64,000 nucleotides of DNA from Bryobacterales bacterium (GCA_965208945.1 OZ242366.1:5290048-5354047); one strand, 5' to 3'. Numbered from the stretch's first letter, positions 1 to 9,697 are shown. Translations and numbers: made by a program. Notes: a model not told the origin generated them from the sequence alone.

Positions 1-528
1 GGCCGTGTTCTCGTTGATCGCGCCTTCGAGTTCTTCGCGTGTTTCAACCTCCACGAACCGCACACCGCAATTCAGCACCGCCCGTTCATACCCGTAGCGG
101 TGCGTTTTCTGGATAATCACTTCGTTCTTCAGGCCTGTGGTATCCGGTAGTTGCTGAACGGCCTTGGACTCACCACGGGTAACGCACGCGGCCGTTCCCA
201 GCGTCAGTCCTGACGCGGCGCCCGCCGTGACCATCGCCGCTTCGCAACCGGTCATCTCCGCCAGCTTCTTGCCAACGGCATCGTGCAGGTCGTTGAGACG
301 GACATAGCGTGATGAAGCATAAACATAGGCCTCGACGGCCTCGCGAGGCATCAGCGCCCCGGTGAGCATCGTGTACGGTTCCGCCGCGTTGATGAACTCG
401 GTCAGTCCCAACTCGACGAAATAGTCGCGCGAGGCCGCCCCGGGAGGCGACAACGTACATCCCGCGCCTCCCGCGCCCAGCAGCGCGCCTCCCGAAACAC
501 CGCGCAAAAACCCTCTACGATTCGTCAT
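1..528 (-). CDS. SelA-like / DgaE-like fold-type-I PLP enzyme with a twin-arginine signal. Only the N-terminal 176 aa are present; the 3' end lies beyond the window.
   Basis: Absent from the ORF track because there is no stop in the window. I translated the reverse strand from ATG 528..526 (AGGAGG at 539..534). It reads MTNRRGFLRGVSGGALLGAGGAGCTLS (RRxFL Tat motif) ...HDAVGKKLAEMTGCEAAMVTAGAASGLTLGTAACV...KNEVIIQKTHRYGYERAVLNCGVRFVEV, which resembles the SelA-like aminotransferase-fold family. Confidence 0.55.
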   Translation of the reverse strand, partial: MTNRRGFLRGVSGGALLGAGGAGCTLSPPGAASRDYFVELGLTEFINAAEPYTMLTGALMPREAVEAYVYASSRYVRLNDLHDAVGKKLAEMTGCEAAMVTAGAASGLTLGTAACVTRGESKAVQQLPDTTGLKNEVIIQKTHRYGYERAVLNCGVRFVEVETREELEGAINENTA

Positions 529-586
529 GGGAACCTCCTGTAGGAAGAAACTCAATGGGCGCAGCCGGCCTGCAAACCCCCTCAGA

Positions 587-2122
587 CTAAGGCGCGCCGA
601 CCCGCACGTGGACTTGCGCAATCGCTTTCTCGCCACGTTCATTCGAGCGCTCGACACGAGCGATGTAGTCACCCGGCTTCTCATAGACGTGGGTTGTCAT
701 GGCGTAACCGTCCTTGGCGTGCTTGTTGACGTTGCCGTCGGATTGCACCGTCACCGGCGGGCTGCCGTCGCCGAAGCTCCAGGTTTCCTTGCCGTGCGTC
801 GTTCGGAACGCTCGGACCTTGAAGGTCACCGTGTCGCCGGCTTTCAACCCCATCGTGGGGGAGTAGACGGCATGCAAGGTGGGCGGCACTTTCTCCTCGC
901 CCGATGTATCTGACATCTTCGCTACGACTTGCACGATCCCGAAGTCATAGTCGGTGTTCCCCTGGTCGTCAGTGACTTTGAGAACCTCGCTGTAGACACC
1001 CGGTTCCTGATAAGTTCGTTCGACCCTGGGTCCGGCAGCATCGGACCCATCGGTAAACCGCCACGAAAAGCCCGCGACCCTTCCGCTCCTGGTCCAAGAC
1101 TTGCTGCCGTCCAAAGTGACACTCTCTCCGGCCACAACAAAGTGATGAGGCCGGGCTACGGCGATCACCGACGGCTTATGCTCCCAATGGTAGGCATTCC
1201 AGAGAAATGCGTATCCCTCCTGCGTGCCCCACTTGCCCGAAGGCTGCTTGCTCTTGATTTCAAAATGCAAGTGCGACCAACCGCCGCTGCCGCCTTCCTT
1301 GCCCAGCAAGCCCAGCCGCTGACCAAGCCTGACACGCTTCCCCAATTCGACTTCTTCATCAAACGAGTACAGATGGCTGTAACGGTAGTACCAGCCGCGG
1401 CGATCACGGATGTAGATCACGTCATAGCGAGGTTGAACAGGCGTGCCTTCGTCCTGCCCGGAGAGCACTTCGTCGCCCAGCGAGACGACGAGACCGTCCG
1501 TCGCAGCGACAACCTCGATCCGCTCCTCAACCCCGCCGATATCCAGTCCGCTGTGGTAATAGATCGACCGGCTCGAGGGCTTCTCACCGCCGTCCACGAA
1601 GACCGGTTCGTTCGACATCTGCGTATCGCTCGCGAACCAACGTTGCTTGACGGGATAGGCGAACGTACCCGGCTTGATGTAGGGATATCCCTTGGGCCAA
1701 AAGCGCAGCCGCGCATCCTTTTCGAGTCCCCAGGGCCCGCCCTGGCGATGGCTGTTCGAACGATAGCCGCCCGTCACCGGGCAATCGACCTCGACCGTGC
1801 CTACCACTACCGGCAACTGATAGTTGCCGCAGTTCAGCGTGGTTCGGATGCCATCGATCTCGACATCCACTTCGGCTCTTCGGATTGCATCGCGGACAGG
1901 GTCCCGTATCTCGTTGACGCCAAGCAGCTTCACGGTCGTCGTGAAGCGATTGCTCAACTCGACTTCCTGCGTCTCACCGACCGCCAGATCCGCCACACGA
2001 ACCAGCTCGTAGATTACGCTGCGTTGACCGAATGCTGGAAGCGCCAGCGCAAGGAGTAGCGGGACAAGACATTGCGTCCGCGGGAGCTTCAACATCCTAG
2101 CTGCAAAGCACTGTGTTGGCAT
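587..2122 (-). CDS. Secreted M23/LytM-family metallopeptidase with two C-terminal PKD-like domains
   Basis: Track ORF of 511 aa with a signal peptide (LLLALALPAFGQ). M23 signatures YYHSGLDIGG and GGSGGWSHLHFEIK (HxH) are present. PKD-like modules are GVYSEVLKVTDDQGNTDYDFGIVQV and GDYIARVERSNERGEKAIAQVHV. The start could instead be the Met at 2095. Confidence 0.8.
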   Translation of the reverse strand: MPTQCFAARMLKLPRTQCLVPLLLALALPAFGQRSVIYELVRVADLAVGETQEVELSNRFTTTVKLLGVNEIRDPVRDAIRRAEVDVEIDGIRTTLNCGNYQLPVVVGTVEVDCPVTGGYRSNSHRQGGPWGLEKDARLRFWPKGYPYIKPGTFAYPVKQRWFASDTQMSNEPVFVDGGEKPSSRSIYYHSGLDIGGVEERIEVVAATDGLVVSLGDEVLSGQDEGTPVQPRYDVIYIRDRRGWYYRYSHLYSFDEEVELGKRVRLGQRLGLLGKEGGSGGWSHLHFEIKSKQPSGKWGTQEGYAFLWNAYHWEHKPSVIAVARPHHFVVAGESVTLDGSKSWTRSGRVAGFSWRFTDGSDAAGPRVERTYQEPGVYSEVLKVTDDQGNTDYDFGIVQVVAKMSDTSGEEKVPPTLHAVYSPTMGLKAGDTVTFKVRAFRTTHGKETWSFGDGSPPVTVQSDGNVNKHAKDGYAMTTHVYEKPGDYIARVERSNERGEKAIAQVHVRVGAP

Positions 2123-2395
2123 TCCTCAGATCCGACTGTTGCGAACGCGGCTTACCATGCGGACATGGACACTTCTCCGGGCACAACTTGTGGCCTATAT
2201 TCCCGCCTGTCCGGCCACCGCCACTGAGCGTCAGAAGCAGCCCCCAAGCGATGAAATTATAGCGATTCCCGGGTAGGCTCGGTACGGAGATTCCGAGAAT
2301 CGTAGTTCGGCATGTGACGGGGACAGATCTGCGATCCAGTGAGGAAACAGCCTGCAAAGTTCCGCAAGCAAGTTCCCCGCGCAAGTCCGCGTTAG

Positions 2396-2572
2396 CCTGC
2401 ATTTCTCACCACCCGACGGTCGAAGCACGCGATACGACCGCCAGGACTTCGTTGCGCTTGCTTGCCGTGCTCAACGTACTATTCAAGTACGCCTGCGCGC
2501 GCCAAGCGGCTCGCGCCTCGTCCTGACGGCCCTCTCACCCACTTCGCCTCGCCACGTGGTGAGACATGCAGG
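2396..2572 (+). mobile_element. MITE copy 1 (177 bp)
   Basis: Termini are CCTGCATTTCTCACCAC ... GTGGTGAGACATGCAGG. Flanking tetranucleotides are TTAG (2392-2395) and CTAA (2573-2576). The interior is colinear with the other copies and has no coding capacity. Confidence 0.85.
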
Positions 2573-2962
2573 CTAAACCAGGATCGGCAATTCGATCAAC
2601 AGCTCGTCCTGCGCGGCAAATAGTGCGCCGCAGTGGGGGCAGTTGAGGAACGGGTAGAGCGTCGGCTGATCGTATTCGCCGCCGCACTCCCCGCACTGGA
2701 TTTCGTCGTTGCCGCAGCGCACGTGCTGAATGATCTTGCGCGACTCATCGATGCGGGGTTCACGTCCCCGAATCGAGAGAGAGCACCATGGGCAGAAATC
2801 GTACGCTTCGTAGTCCCCTTCGGGATAGGGGAGCAGACAACGACGGCAGCACGGCGTGTCGCCCGTCGTACGGCCGAGGTGCGCCAGCATCTCATCACGC
2901 AGGCGGAGCAGAGTCCGGCGGGCGTTGGGCTGTAGCTCTTCGGAACCCAGCAATTTCGTCAC
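2573..2962 (-). CDS. Cys-rich hypothetical protein with two predicted zinc ribbons
   Basis: 129 aa with four Cys pairs (CCRRC, CPWC, C-x6-CGEC, CPHC). I cannot name a family. The stop TAG (2575..2573) lies inside the CTAA flank of MITE copy 1. It sits 54 nt downstream of the preceding gene on the same strand. Confidence 0.55.
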   Translation of the reverse strand: MTKLLGSEELQPNARRTLLRLRDEMLAHLGRTTGDTPCCRRCLLPYPEGDYEAYDFCPWCSLSIRGREPRIDESRKIIQHVRCGNDEIQCGECGGEYDQPTLYPFLNCPHCGALFAAQDELLIELPILV

Positions 2963-3016
2963 TCACCCGCCCTTGCTGCCGGACAGCGGCAGAGCCACCC
3001 GCGCTACCACGTCAAC

Positions 3017-4285
3017 TCAGGCGAGCCGATCCTTGAAGTCCGTTACACCGGCGATGGCGCGCTCGACGTGCTCCATCGTGTTGTAGAGGTGCGGGCAGAG
3101 GCGCAACCCTCCGGTTGCAGATCCCGCAATGCCGTGCTTGTCATACATCGCGTTGGCCAAGGCTCTGCGACTCTGATCAGGCACCTCGACGATGCACACG
3201 CCGCCGCTGACCTTCTCATCCATCGGCGTCACGAGCTTCGCGCCGGCATCCCGCAAACCCTTCTTGAGAGTCTGGACGAGGTCATAAAGGCGACCTTCGA
3301 CCGCGGCAGGGCCGAGCATGGCGTGCATGTCGGCCATGGTGCCGACCGCGGCCAATCGTGAGTCGTCCCTCTGGCCGAAAGACTCGAACTTCCGGGCTCC
3401 CCGGAGAGCGGTTTCGGCTTTTTTCCCCCAACTGGGAGCCACAATGTTCGGCCACACCTCGCCGATGCGATTTTTCTTGACGTACAGCAGTCCTACTTCG
3501 CGCGGGCCGCAAAACCACTTGTGCGAGCTGGCCGTGTAGGAATCACAACCTATGTCATGAACGTCGAGCGCTACCGCGCCCCAGGACTGCGCGCCGTCGA
3601 GGTGATAGTAGATGCCGCGCCGCTTCGCGACCGCGCCGATCGCCTTGACGGGGAGCCGGATGCCGCTGACGTTCGAGATGTGGGTGATCGACAGCACCCT
3701 CGTACGATCGGACAGCTCAGCCTCGACGGCGTCGACGAGAGCTTGCTCGTTTGCGGGATGTTTCGGAACGGCGATGCGCCTGACCGAGAAGCCTCGACGC
3801 GCAGCCCGGACATCCCAAGCGATGTTGTTGGTCGGGTGGTTCTGTTCCCAGATGACGACTTCATCGCCCTTGCCGAGCGAGAGGCCGTTGTTGATGACGT
3901 TGTTGGCTTCGCTTGTGTTGCGGACCAGGGCGACCTCGTCCGGATCGGCCCCGATGCCGTCGGCGACCTTGCGGCGCGACTCTTCCAGCAACTTGTCGAA
4001 CTTACCGCGGTTGTTGAACGAGCAGTCATGATCGATGTCCTGCGTGAAGCGGACCACCTGCTCGGTCACGGCCCGCGGCGAAGGGCAGAGGTTCGCGGCG
4101 TTCATCGGCACCTTGGACTCGTCGAACGGAAACTGCCGACGCACGAGATCCCAACGCGACTCGATGCCGGAGATGGCCGCGAGAGCGGGACGGAGTTCCG
4201 CAAGGGAGGCAACGGCGGCCGGCAAGAACGCGGTGCTGCCAGCCAAGTGCTGCAAGAACGAACGGCGGGACGGGACGGTGGGCAT
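3017..4285 (-). CDS. Class-V aminotransferase-fold PLP enzyme (cysteine desulfurase / epimerase-like) with a twin-arginine signal
   Basis: 422 aa. The N-terminus MPTVPSRRSFLQHLAGSTAFLPAAVA carries a Tat motif. NTSEANN, YYHLDGAQSWG and ASSHKWFCGPREVG (PLP-lysine motif) are typical of class V aminotransferases. Confidence 0.75.
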   Translation of the reverse strand: MPTVPSRRSFLQHLAGSTAFLPAAVASLAELRPALAAISGIESRWDLVRRQFPFDESKVPMNAANLCPSPRAVTEQVVRFTQDIDHDCSFNNRGKFDKLLEESRRKVADGIGADPDEVALVRNTSEANNVINNGLSLGKGDEVVIWEQNHPTNNIAWDVRAARRGFSVRRIAVPKHPANEQALVDAVEAELSDRTRVLSITHISNVSGIRLPVKAIGAVAKRRGIYYHLDGAQSWGAVALDVHDIGCDSYTASSHKWFCGPREVGLLYVKKNRIGEVWPNIVAPSWGKKAETALRGARKFESFGQRDDSRLAAVGTMADMHAMLGPAAVEGRLYDLVQTLKKGLRDAGAKLVTPMDEKVSGGVCIVEVPDQSRRALANAMYDKHGIAGSATGGLRLCPHLYNTMEHVERAIAGVTDFKDRLA

Positions 4286-4406
4286 GACTACTCCTTTTGC
4301 GCGGCTTTCGTGGCCGCTGTTGCTGCCAATGATAACGCGTCGCCGGCGTGGCCGGGGAGATCGGCCCCGGGGAGGTAGAGGGCCAGCCTGCGCTTCATCG
4401 TGAAAT

Positions 4407-5234
4407 TCAGGCGGGTGCTTCCACCCGCCGGCCGCGGCGGGCGAAGACGAGACAGGCGCCGGCTAGGATCAGCAAAACCGCAAGCCACTGCGTTGTGCTG
4501 AGAGGTCCGTCGAAGGGAAAGGCGCGGACGGAGGCGTCCCGGAAGAACTCGACGACGAGCCGGAACGTGGAATACAACATCAGATACCAGCCGAGCACGG
4601 TTCCGGGCCGGTGGGGGCGTTCGAGCAGCCGCCAAAGGAGGAGACCTACCGCCAGGGCGCCCGCCGCCTCGTAAAGCTGGGTCGGGTGCAGGTGAACGTT
4701 GAGCGGTACACCGACCAGTCGGTGGGCATTCGGGTCGGTGAAGGCCAGTCCCCAGGGGACATCGGTCGGCTTGCCCCAGCAACAGCCGGCCGCGAAGCAG
4801 CCCAAGCGGCCGACGGAATGTCCGATGGCTACGGCTGGGGCGAACAGGTCGGCGGTGGCCAGGCCGGGCAGCCCTTCCCGGCGCGCATACCAGAACGCGG
4901 TCGCCATGGCGGCGAGAAGTCCACCGTAGAAGATGCCTCCCGCTTGCAGCGCGCTCAACGAGAACAGACGGCCGGGGTCCCTCAAATAGACGTCCATGTC
5001 CACCAGCATCATGAACAGCTTGGCCCCGACAATCGCCGCCAAGGCGACGTAGACGCCGAGGTTCGTCATCTTGTCGGCGTCGAAGCCGTGCCGCTTCGCC
5101 AGCCGCGCGAGCAGGTAGAGGCCGACGAGGAAGCCTGACGCAACAAGCACGCCATAGGTCGGCAATGAAAACGGACCGACTTCTCCCAGCAACGGAAGGG
5201 ACAGCGGCCCGAGCGTGAAGAGTGTGGGGCACAT
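4407..5234 (-). CDS. lgt: Prolipoprotein diacylglyceryl transferase
   Basis: 275 aa and polytopic. Contains HSVGRLGCFAAGCCWGKPTDVPWGLAF and HPTQLYEA motifs characteristic of Lgt. It lies immediately downstream of lspA. Confidence 0.9.
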   Translation of the reverse strand: MCPTLFTLGPLSLPLLGEVGPFSLPTYGVLVASGFLVGLYLLARLAKRHGFDADKMTNLGVYVALAAIVGAKLFMMLVDMDVYLRDPGRLFSLSALQAGGIFYGGLLAAMATAFWYARREGLPGLATADLFAPAVAIGHSVGRLGCFAAGCCWGKPTDVPWGLAFTDPNAHRLVGVPLNVHLHPTQLYEAAGALAVGLLLWRLLERPHRPGTVLGWYLMLYSTFRLVVEFFRDASVRAFPFDGPLSTTQWLAVLLILAGACLVFARRGRRVEAPA

Positions 5235-5240
5235 GGCGGG

Positions 5241-5747
5241 TTAAGCCGATTCGGGTTCCTGGTCGGGCCGTTGCCGGGGACGGAAGGATTCGAGCAACAA
5301 CAGTCCGGCGCCGACGGTGATGCAGCTATCGGCCACATTGAATGCCGGCCAGTGGTACGCACCTACATAGAAATCCAGAAAGTCGACCACGTAGCCGTAT
5401 GCGAAGCGGTCATAGAGATTGCCCGCCGCACCGGCCAATATCATCGTCAAGCCGAGAGTCGTGCGCAGGCCGGCGGACTCGGTCTTCGAGAAGATGTAGA
5501 CAATAAACACCAAGGCAGAGATCGAGAAAAGAGGAATGACGTATTCCTTCACGAATGGTTGAGCGTCAGCGAAAAGACTGAACGCGATGCCGGTATTCCT
5601 CGTGTGGACGAGGTTGAAGAAACTGTCGATGACGGGCTTGCTGTCGTAGAGGGGCATCTTCTCAGCGACAGCGAGTTTGGTTACCCGGTCAAGGGCAATA
5701 AGAAACGCCGCCAGCAGGATATAAGGCATTCGCGGCCGGATTGTCAT
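5241..5747 (-). CDS. lspA: Lipoprotein signal peptidase II
   Basis: Motifs NTGIAFSLF and FNVADSCITVGAGLLLL match signal peptidase II. The track ORF starts at 5783, but the Met at 5747 (MTIRPRMPYILL) or 5729 fits the family N-terminus better. The start is uncertain. Confidence 0.85.
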   Translation of the reverse strand: MTIRPRMPYILLAAFLIALDRVTKLAVAEKMPLYDSKPVIDSFFNLVHTRNTGIAFSLFADAQPFVKEYVIPLFSISALVFIVYIFSKTESAGLRTTLGLTMILAGAAGNLYDRFAYGYVVDFLDFYVGAYHWPAFNVADSCITVGAGLLLLESFRPRQRPDQEPESA

Positions 5748-6282
5748 GAAAGGTAACGGCGGCTCGATGCAATCGGACCGCAACGAGCCCTCAGTCTAGC
5801 AACGGGCCGAGCCGCAGAGTGAACGTTGAGCGTTCACCCTGATCCCTGCAAACAGGCCGAATCTCGGGGGGATACGGTTGCGGAAGGCATCCGGCCTGGG
5901 ATCCGTGGTAAACCTTTCTCGACTCAACTGGAATCCGGTCAGAACGGTCGGCGACATCAATCTGCGCAAGTACGATATGCTGCTCTTCCGCCCAGGTTCA
6001 CGGTGGAGCCTGGCGGAAATCTCCCTGAGGGCAATCTCGCCTTCGGCGGGACTTCAGGCGCCTGAGCCGGTCGTGAAAATCAGCGATGTACAGACCATCC
6101 TGCTGACAAGATCGACGCCTCGTGTGTGTGCGACAGAGGTTGTTCTTTCGACCATGATTCGCCACCATTCGTCCGCGAACCCGATTCATCTTGAGGTTTA
6201 GCTCCGGATATGGCGCAATGTCCTCAGAAGCAAACAATCAAGTAGTGAAACCTTCAGACATATTCTTGCGTCCAAGCTGCCC

Positions 6283-7179
6283 GTGAGAGGTTACCTGTTC
6301 CTCCAGTGGTTCACCGTCAGCGCCATTGCTCTGTCAACAGGATTCCCTCAGGGCCAACCCCAAACCGCAGCAGAGAAGCGAGAGGAACTGGATCGGGAAC
6401 AGGATCGGGCCGCCTACGAGCATCGACAAACCGAGCGGGCGCGGGATCAGTTTTATCAGCGGAATGTTCCGGGCCACGAGCGGAGAGACAGGACTTTTGG
6501 CGGACTTTATCGAAGATACTCTCGGGAGACGAAGCCGTCGTTCGAAAGCATTACAAACCTGTCCGCCCCCAAAGAAGCCCGCAGAGCCTACCGGAAGGCT
6601 CTGAGAGCGCTGGACCGCGAGCCTCCCGAATACGACGGCGCCATGAACAGCGCCAAGGAAGCGCTCGAACTCTATCGTGACTATGCCGCTGCATGGGTGC
6701 TGGTTGGAAGAATCCATTTCCATCTAGGCAATCGGGAAGAAGCCGCCGCGGGCTTCCAGAGGTCGATCGAGATCGATCCGAAGTACCTGGCACCCTATCC
6801 TGATCTCGCTTACCTGACGGTTGCCGAAAAGAAGTGGCCGGAGGTGATACGGCTCGGCGACGAGATGATCAAGATCAATCCGTATTTCACGCTCGGCTAC
6901 TACTATCGGGGCCTTGGCCTCCTTCAGCAGGATCAACTCAAAACGGCCGAAAAGGCCTTCCTCGTCGCCCTGGCCACCCCCGACATCGCCTTGTTTCCCG
7001 AGGCGCACTACATGTTGGGAGAGGTCTACCGGCAGCAAGGAAGTTATCGTCTGGCGGCGCGGGAGTACCGCCTTTATCTGGCCGCGGCACCGGAAGGCTT
7101 CTGGTCAGAGAGGGTGACGAAATGGCTGCACGAATGGGAAACCCTCGGCGTCATCCGTACAAGAAGCGCGAACAGATAG
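6283..7179 (+). CDS. Secreted TPR-repeat protein
   Basis: 298 aa with a GTG start and a hydrophobic N-terminus. After a charged region come TPR-like repeats (AWVLVGRIHFHLGNREEAAAGFQRSIEIDPKY; YYYRGLGLLQQDQLKTAEKAF; HYMLGEVYRQQGSYRLAAREYRLYL). Confidence 0.7.
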   Translation: MRGYLFLQWFTVSAIALSTGFPQGQPQTAAEKREELDREQDRAAYEHRQTERARDQFYQRNVPGHERRDRTFGGLYRRYSRETKPSFESITNLSAPKEARRAYRKALRALDREPPEYDGAMNSAKEALELYRDYAAAWVLVGRIHFHLGNREEAAAGFQRSIEIDPKYLAPYPDLAYLTVAEKKWPEVIRLGDEMIKINPYFTLGYYYRGLGLLQQDQLKTAEKAFLVALATPDIALFPEAHYMLGEVYRQQGSYRLAAREYRLYLAAAPEGFWSERVTKWLHEWETLGVIRTRSANR

Positions 7180-7303
7180 AGGAGAACCGCCCTATTTGCC
7201 GTGGGGCAGGCCGGCCTCGAGCCCGCATCCGCGTAGAGTTCGCCGCTGTGTCCGGGAGCTGACTTCCGCCGGTCATGGGCATCCCAGTCACTTCCCTCTC
7301 TAA

Positions 7304-7504
7304 CCTGCCTTTCTCACCACCCGACGGTCGAAGCACGCGATACGAGCACCAGGACTTCGTTGCGCTTGCTTGCCGTGCTCAACGTACTGTTCAAGTACGC
7401 CTGCGCGCGCCAAGCGGCTCGCGCCTTTTTCCTCCGCCCGGCTTGCGCCTAGCCCTGACGGCCCTCTCACGCACTTCGCCTCGCCACGTGGTGAGAAATG
7501 CAGG
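7304..7504 (+). mobile_element. MITE copy 2 (201-bp variant)
   Basis: Termini are CCTGCCTTTCTCACCAC ... GTGGTGAGAAATGCAGG. It has a perfect 4-bp direct duplication, CTAA (7300-7303) / CTAA (7505-7508). It carries the 24-bp internal insert TTTTCCTCCGCCCGGCTTGCGCCTAG that is shared with copy 5. Confidence 0.9.
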
Positions 7505-7622
7505 CTAACTCATGTCATCTTTTCCTCATTAAATTCTTTTTCAGAAGTCGAATCGAAATAAAACATCAAGTAAGGGTTCAGATATTGCCGGCGCGGTTGC
7601 ACATGCGGTGGCGGCACAGCGT

Positions 7623-9500
7623 CTATCGTTTGACCATCCAGCCGCGATCCCAGGGATGTGCGAGGGTCGGCTGATTGGCGTAACGCTTCATCTTGAAGAC
7701 CATCTGCGCTCCTGAGCCGGGCTCCAAGCGGACATTCAAGATCGGCGAATCGATTTCCGTCGTCTTGCCGTTGATCGTTGCAGAAAGAAACTGGTGCTCT
7801 CCATAGCCACCGGCCTGAACGATGACGGCCCGTGCTTCTGTCTGACTCACATTGACCAGAGTGAGCGTGAGCGAGTCGTCGGTCATCTTCTCGACCAGCG
7901 AAGCCACATCCTCAGGAGGGCCGGCCCGGCGATTCGCGGGGTCGAAATAGCGGACACGGCTATGCAGAGTCCACAACTTACCCGCGAAATAGCCGCCGAG
8001 CATCAAGTTCGTCAACGTATCCGTCTGCGCGGGCGAGAAACCGAGCAGATAGTCGGGCAGCCGCGTGTCGGGAGTGGTGTCGTCCTCATCAACCCGCCGG
8101 ATCTGCCGACGGATTGCTTCGAAGTCACGCTGGAGCGCCTGTTCCGGGTAATCGGGGTTTTTACCCTCCAGAAACCCGACCCAGCCGTCCATGGGGACAT
8201 GCTCCAGATCGCTGCGGTCCATCGACCACAAGTACACCTCCGTAGCGCGGCCGAGGTGCGGCTTGGCGCCGAAGCGGTACCACTCGGGCTCGCCGTTCTT
8301 GGTGTGATGGCGCGGGTCGCCGTACATCGAAGGATAGACTTCCTTGCCATCGACGATCTTCTTCTGGGCATAGATGAGAGCAAGCTGCTTTCGGAGAACG
8401 TCGACGTAGGCCTGATCACCGGTCAGCAGGAATGCGTTGCTGAACCCCGGCCAACTGCCGGAAGTTACGGTGTTGCGGTGCGCGATCTGGTCAATTTCGC
8501 CGTCGTAGATCGTGAAGTTCCAGCCGTACGTGCCCTTCCACCACTGGCCGTCGTACTCGCCGCCGATCTTGCCATCGAGCCCGATATTGGTTGGTATCAT
8601 CCCACCGGCTTCGGCCACCCAGCCTTTCCAGGCGTTGACATACTCGAGCGCCCAGTCGCGGTACTTGTCTTCATGGGTAAGCATGTAGGCGCGCAGAGCG
8701 AGGTTCGTAGCCCCGAGATTGAGCGGATGGTCACCGACGCTGTCGAGATACTCGGCGCAGTGGGACAGCATCTTGTGGTAGACGGACATGAGATCGACGA
8801 GCTTGTTGCGTCCATGAGGCCCGTGCAGGATGTGAAACATCCCCGGCACCGGATCGCCGACCCAATCGTAGGTCGTCGCCTTGTGCATCATCGGTCCCTT
8901 GCTGCCGTTCCAAATGCTGCGGATGATCTTGTGCTTGGGATCGTAGTTGGGGGCGGACGGATCTTCGTTCATGTACAGCCCGGCGAAGCGTTTCATGCGG
9001 GTGCGGAAGGTCTTGTCCGCAGGCTCGGAGAGGCCCTGGAACATAATGCCCCGCATCCCTTCGCCGGTATGGAACCAGTCCGACTGAGTGATGAACTCCT
9101 TGTGGTAGGAGCCGTTTTCCGACAGCTTGGTCAGGGTCGTCTTCAACTCGGCGTATTGCTTGTAGTGGCCTTCGAGCCCTTTCTTGAAAAGCTCCAAGAC
9201 TTCATCGGAACCACCGAGGGCGTGGAGCAGGGTCCAGTTGTAGTAGGTCTCAATCGCGTCGTCGGGGCCGTCGAGCGTCCCCCAGCGAGGAGTATGCAAC
9301 AGATAGCCGCGGTCGTCGATGTAACGGTCGCCGAAGTAAAGGACGGCCCGGGAGTTGGCGTCAAGAAGAGCGCGCTCCATCAGCGCCCAACCGGGGGGCG
9401 GCATGGGAGTGTCGATCACGATGCTATTCTCAGCCGCCGCCGGGGACAGGGCGACGAGCAGGATGAGCGCGGATGCAAGCAGGGTTCGATAAGACGACAT
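7623..9500 (-). CDS. Secreted hypothetical protein (625 aa), possibly a glycan-active enzyme
   Basis: The track ORF (820 aa) runs upstream into repeats. I truncate it to ATG 9500 (GGAG about 10 nt upstream), which gives the signal peptide MSSYRTLLASALILLVALSPAAA. There is no motif I can name. A glycoside hydrolase or lyase-like fold is only a guess from the W/Y-rich composition. Confidence 0.6.
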   Translation of the reverse strand: MSSYRTLLASALILLVALSPAAAENSIVIDTPMPPPGWALMERALLDANSRAVLYFGDRYIDDRGYLLHTPRWGTLDGPDDAIETYYNWTLLHALGGSDEVLELFKKGLEGHYKQYAELKTTLTKLSENGSYHKEFITQSDWFHTGEGMRGIMFQGLSEPADKTFRTRMKRFAGLYMNEDPSAPNYDPKHKIIRSIWNGSKGPMMHKATTYDWVGDPVPGMFHILHGPHGRNKLVDLMSVYHKMLSHCAEYLDSVGDHPLNLGATNLALRAYMLTHEDKYRDWALEYVNAWKGWVAEAGGMIPTNIGLDGKIGGEYDGQWWKGTYGWNFTIYDGEIDQIAHRNTVTSGSWPGFSNAFLLTGDQAYVDVLRKQLALIYAQKKIVDGKEVYPSMYGDPRHHTKNGEPEWYRFGAKPHLGRATEVYLWSMDRSDLEHVPMDGWVGFLEGKNPDYPEQALQRDFEAIRRQIRRVDEDDTTPDTRLPDYLLGFSPAQTDTLTNLMLGGYFAGKLWTLHSRVRYFDPANRRAGPPEDVASLVEKMTDDSLTLTLVNVSQTEARAVIVQAGGYGEHQFLSATINGKTTEIDSPILNVRLEPGSGAQMVFKMKRYANQPTLAHPWDRGWMVKR

Positions 9501-9697
9501 GGGTTGGATTCTCCGTTTGAACAGCTCTGAAACGTAGGGGTTCATCGTGGCACCAGCTTGGAGGGTTGTCAAGGCAGCGTGAAGTCGTGTCCACGGGGTA
9601 TAGCAGCCCGTGTCAAAAGTCACGCGGGCGGCGGAAGCGGCGGCTGACGGCGCGCGGACACCGATTCCGGGGGGAGGGGGGGGTACCGAAGAATAGC

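Noticed and set aside
929-2059. Long ORFs lying antisense to, or overlapping in another frame, well-supported genes: 929..2059, 3521..4378, 7794..9530, 11320..12264, 12895..13986, 14352..16007, 16967..18241, 35563..36732, 37560..38489, 47071..48006, and the alternate-frame 4288..5232
   Set aside because: These are typical shadow ORFs of GC-rich DNA. Each overlaps a gene with clear family motifs on the other strand or frame, and their products are Arg/Pro/Gly-rich with low complexity.
2097-2402. ORFs that start at the ATG inside MITE termini or run through MITEs, such as 2097..2402 MQANADL... and the many MLRPSGGEKCRL / ...LACISHHPT... peptides
   Set aside because: The same peptide recurs wherever the non-coding element is inserted, with no conserved continuation. 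I treat it as meaningful only for mfd, where it joins a real gene in frame.
5878-6201. Track ORF of 107 aa containing VKISDVQTILLT, reminiscent of the N-terminus of enolase-superfamily dehydratases
   Set aside because: The resemblance covers only about 11 residues, and the rest is low-quality sequence ending after 42 codons. At best it is an unprovable gene remnant.
5866-6230. A tmRNA or other housekeeping ncRNA was suggested by GGGGGGATACGGTTGCGG
   Set aside because: There is no complementary 3' acceptor end, no T-arm (GGTTCGA-type) and no tag-peptide reading frame. RNase P, SRP and B12-box consensus strings were also not found by eye.
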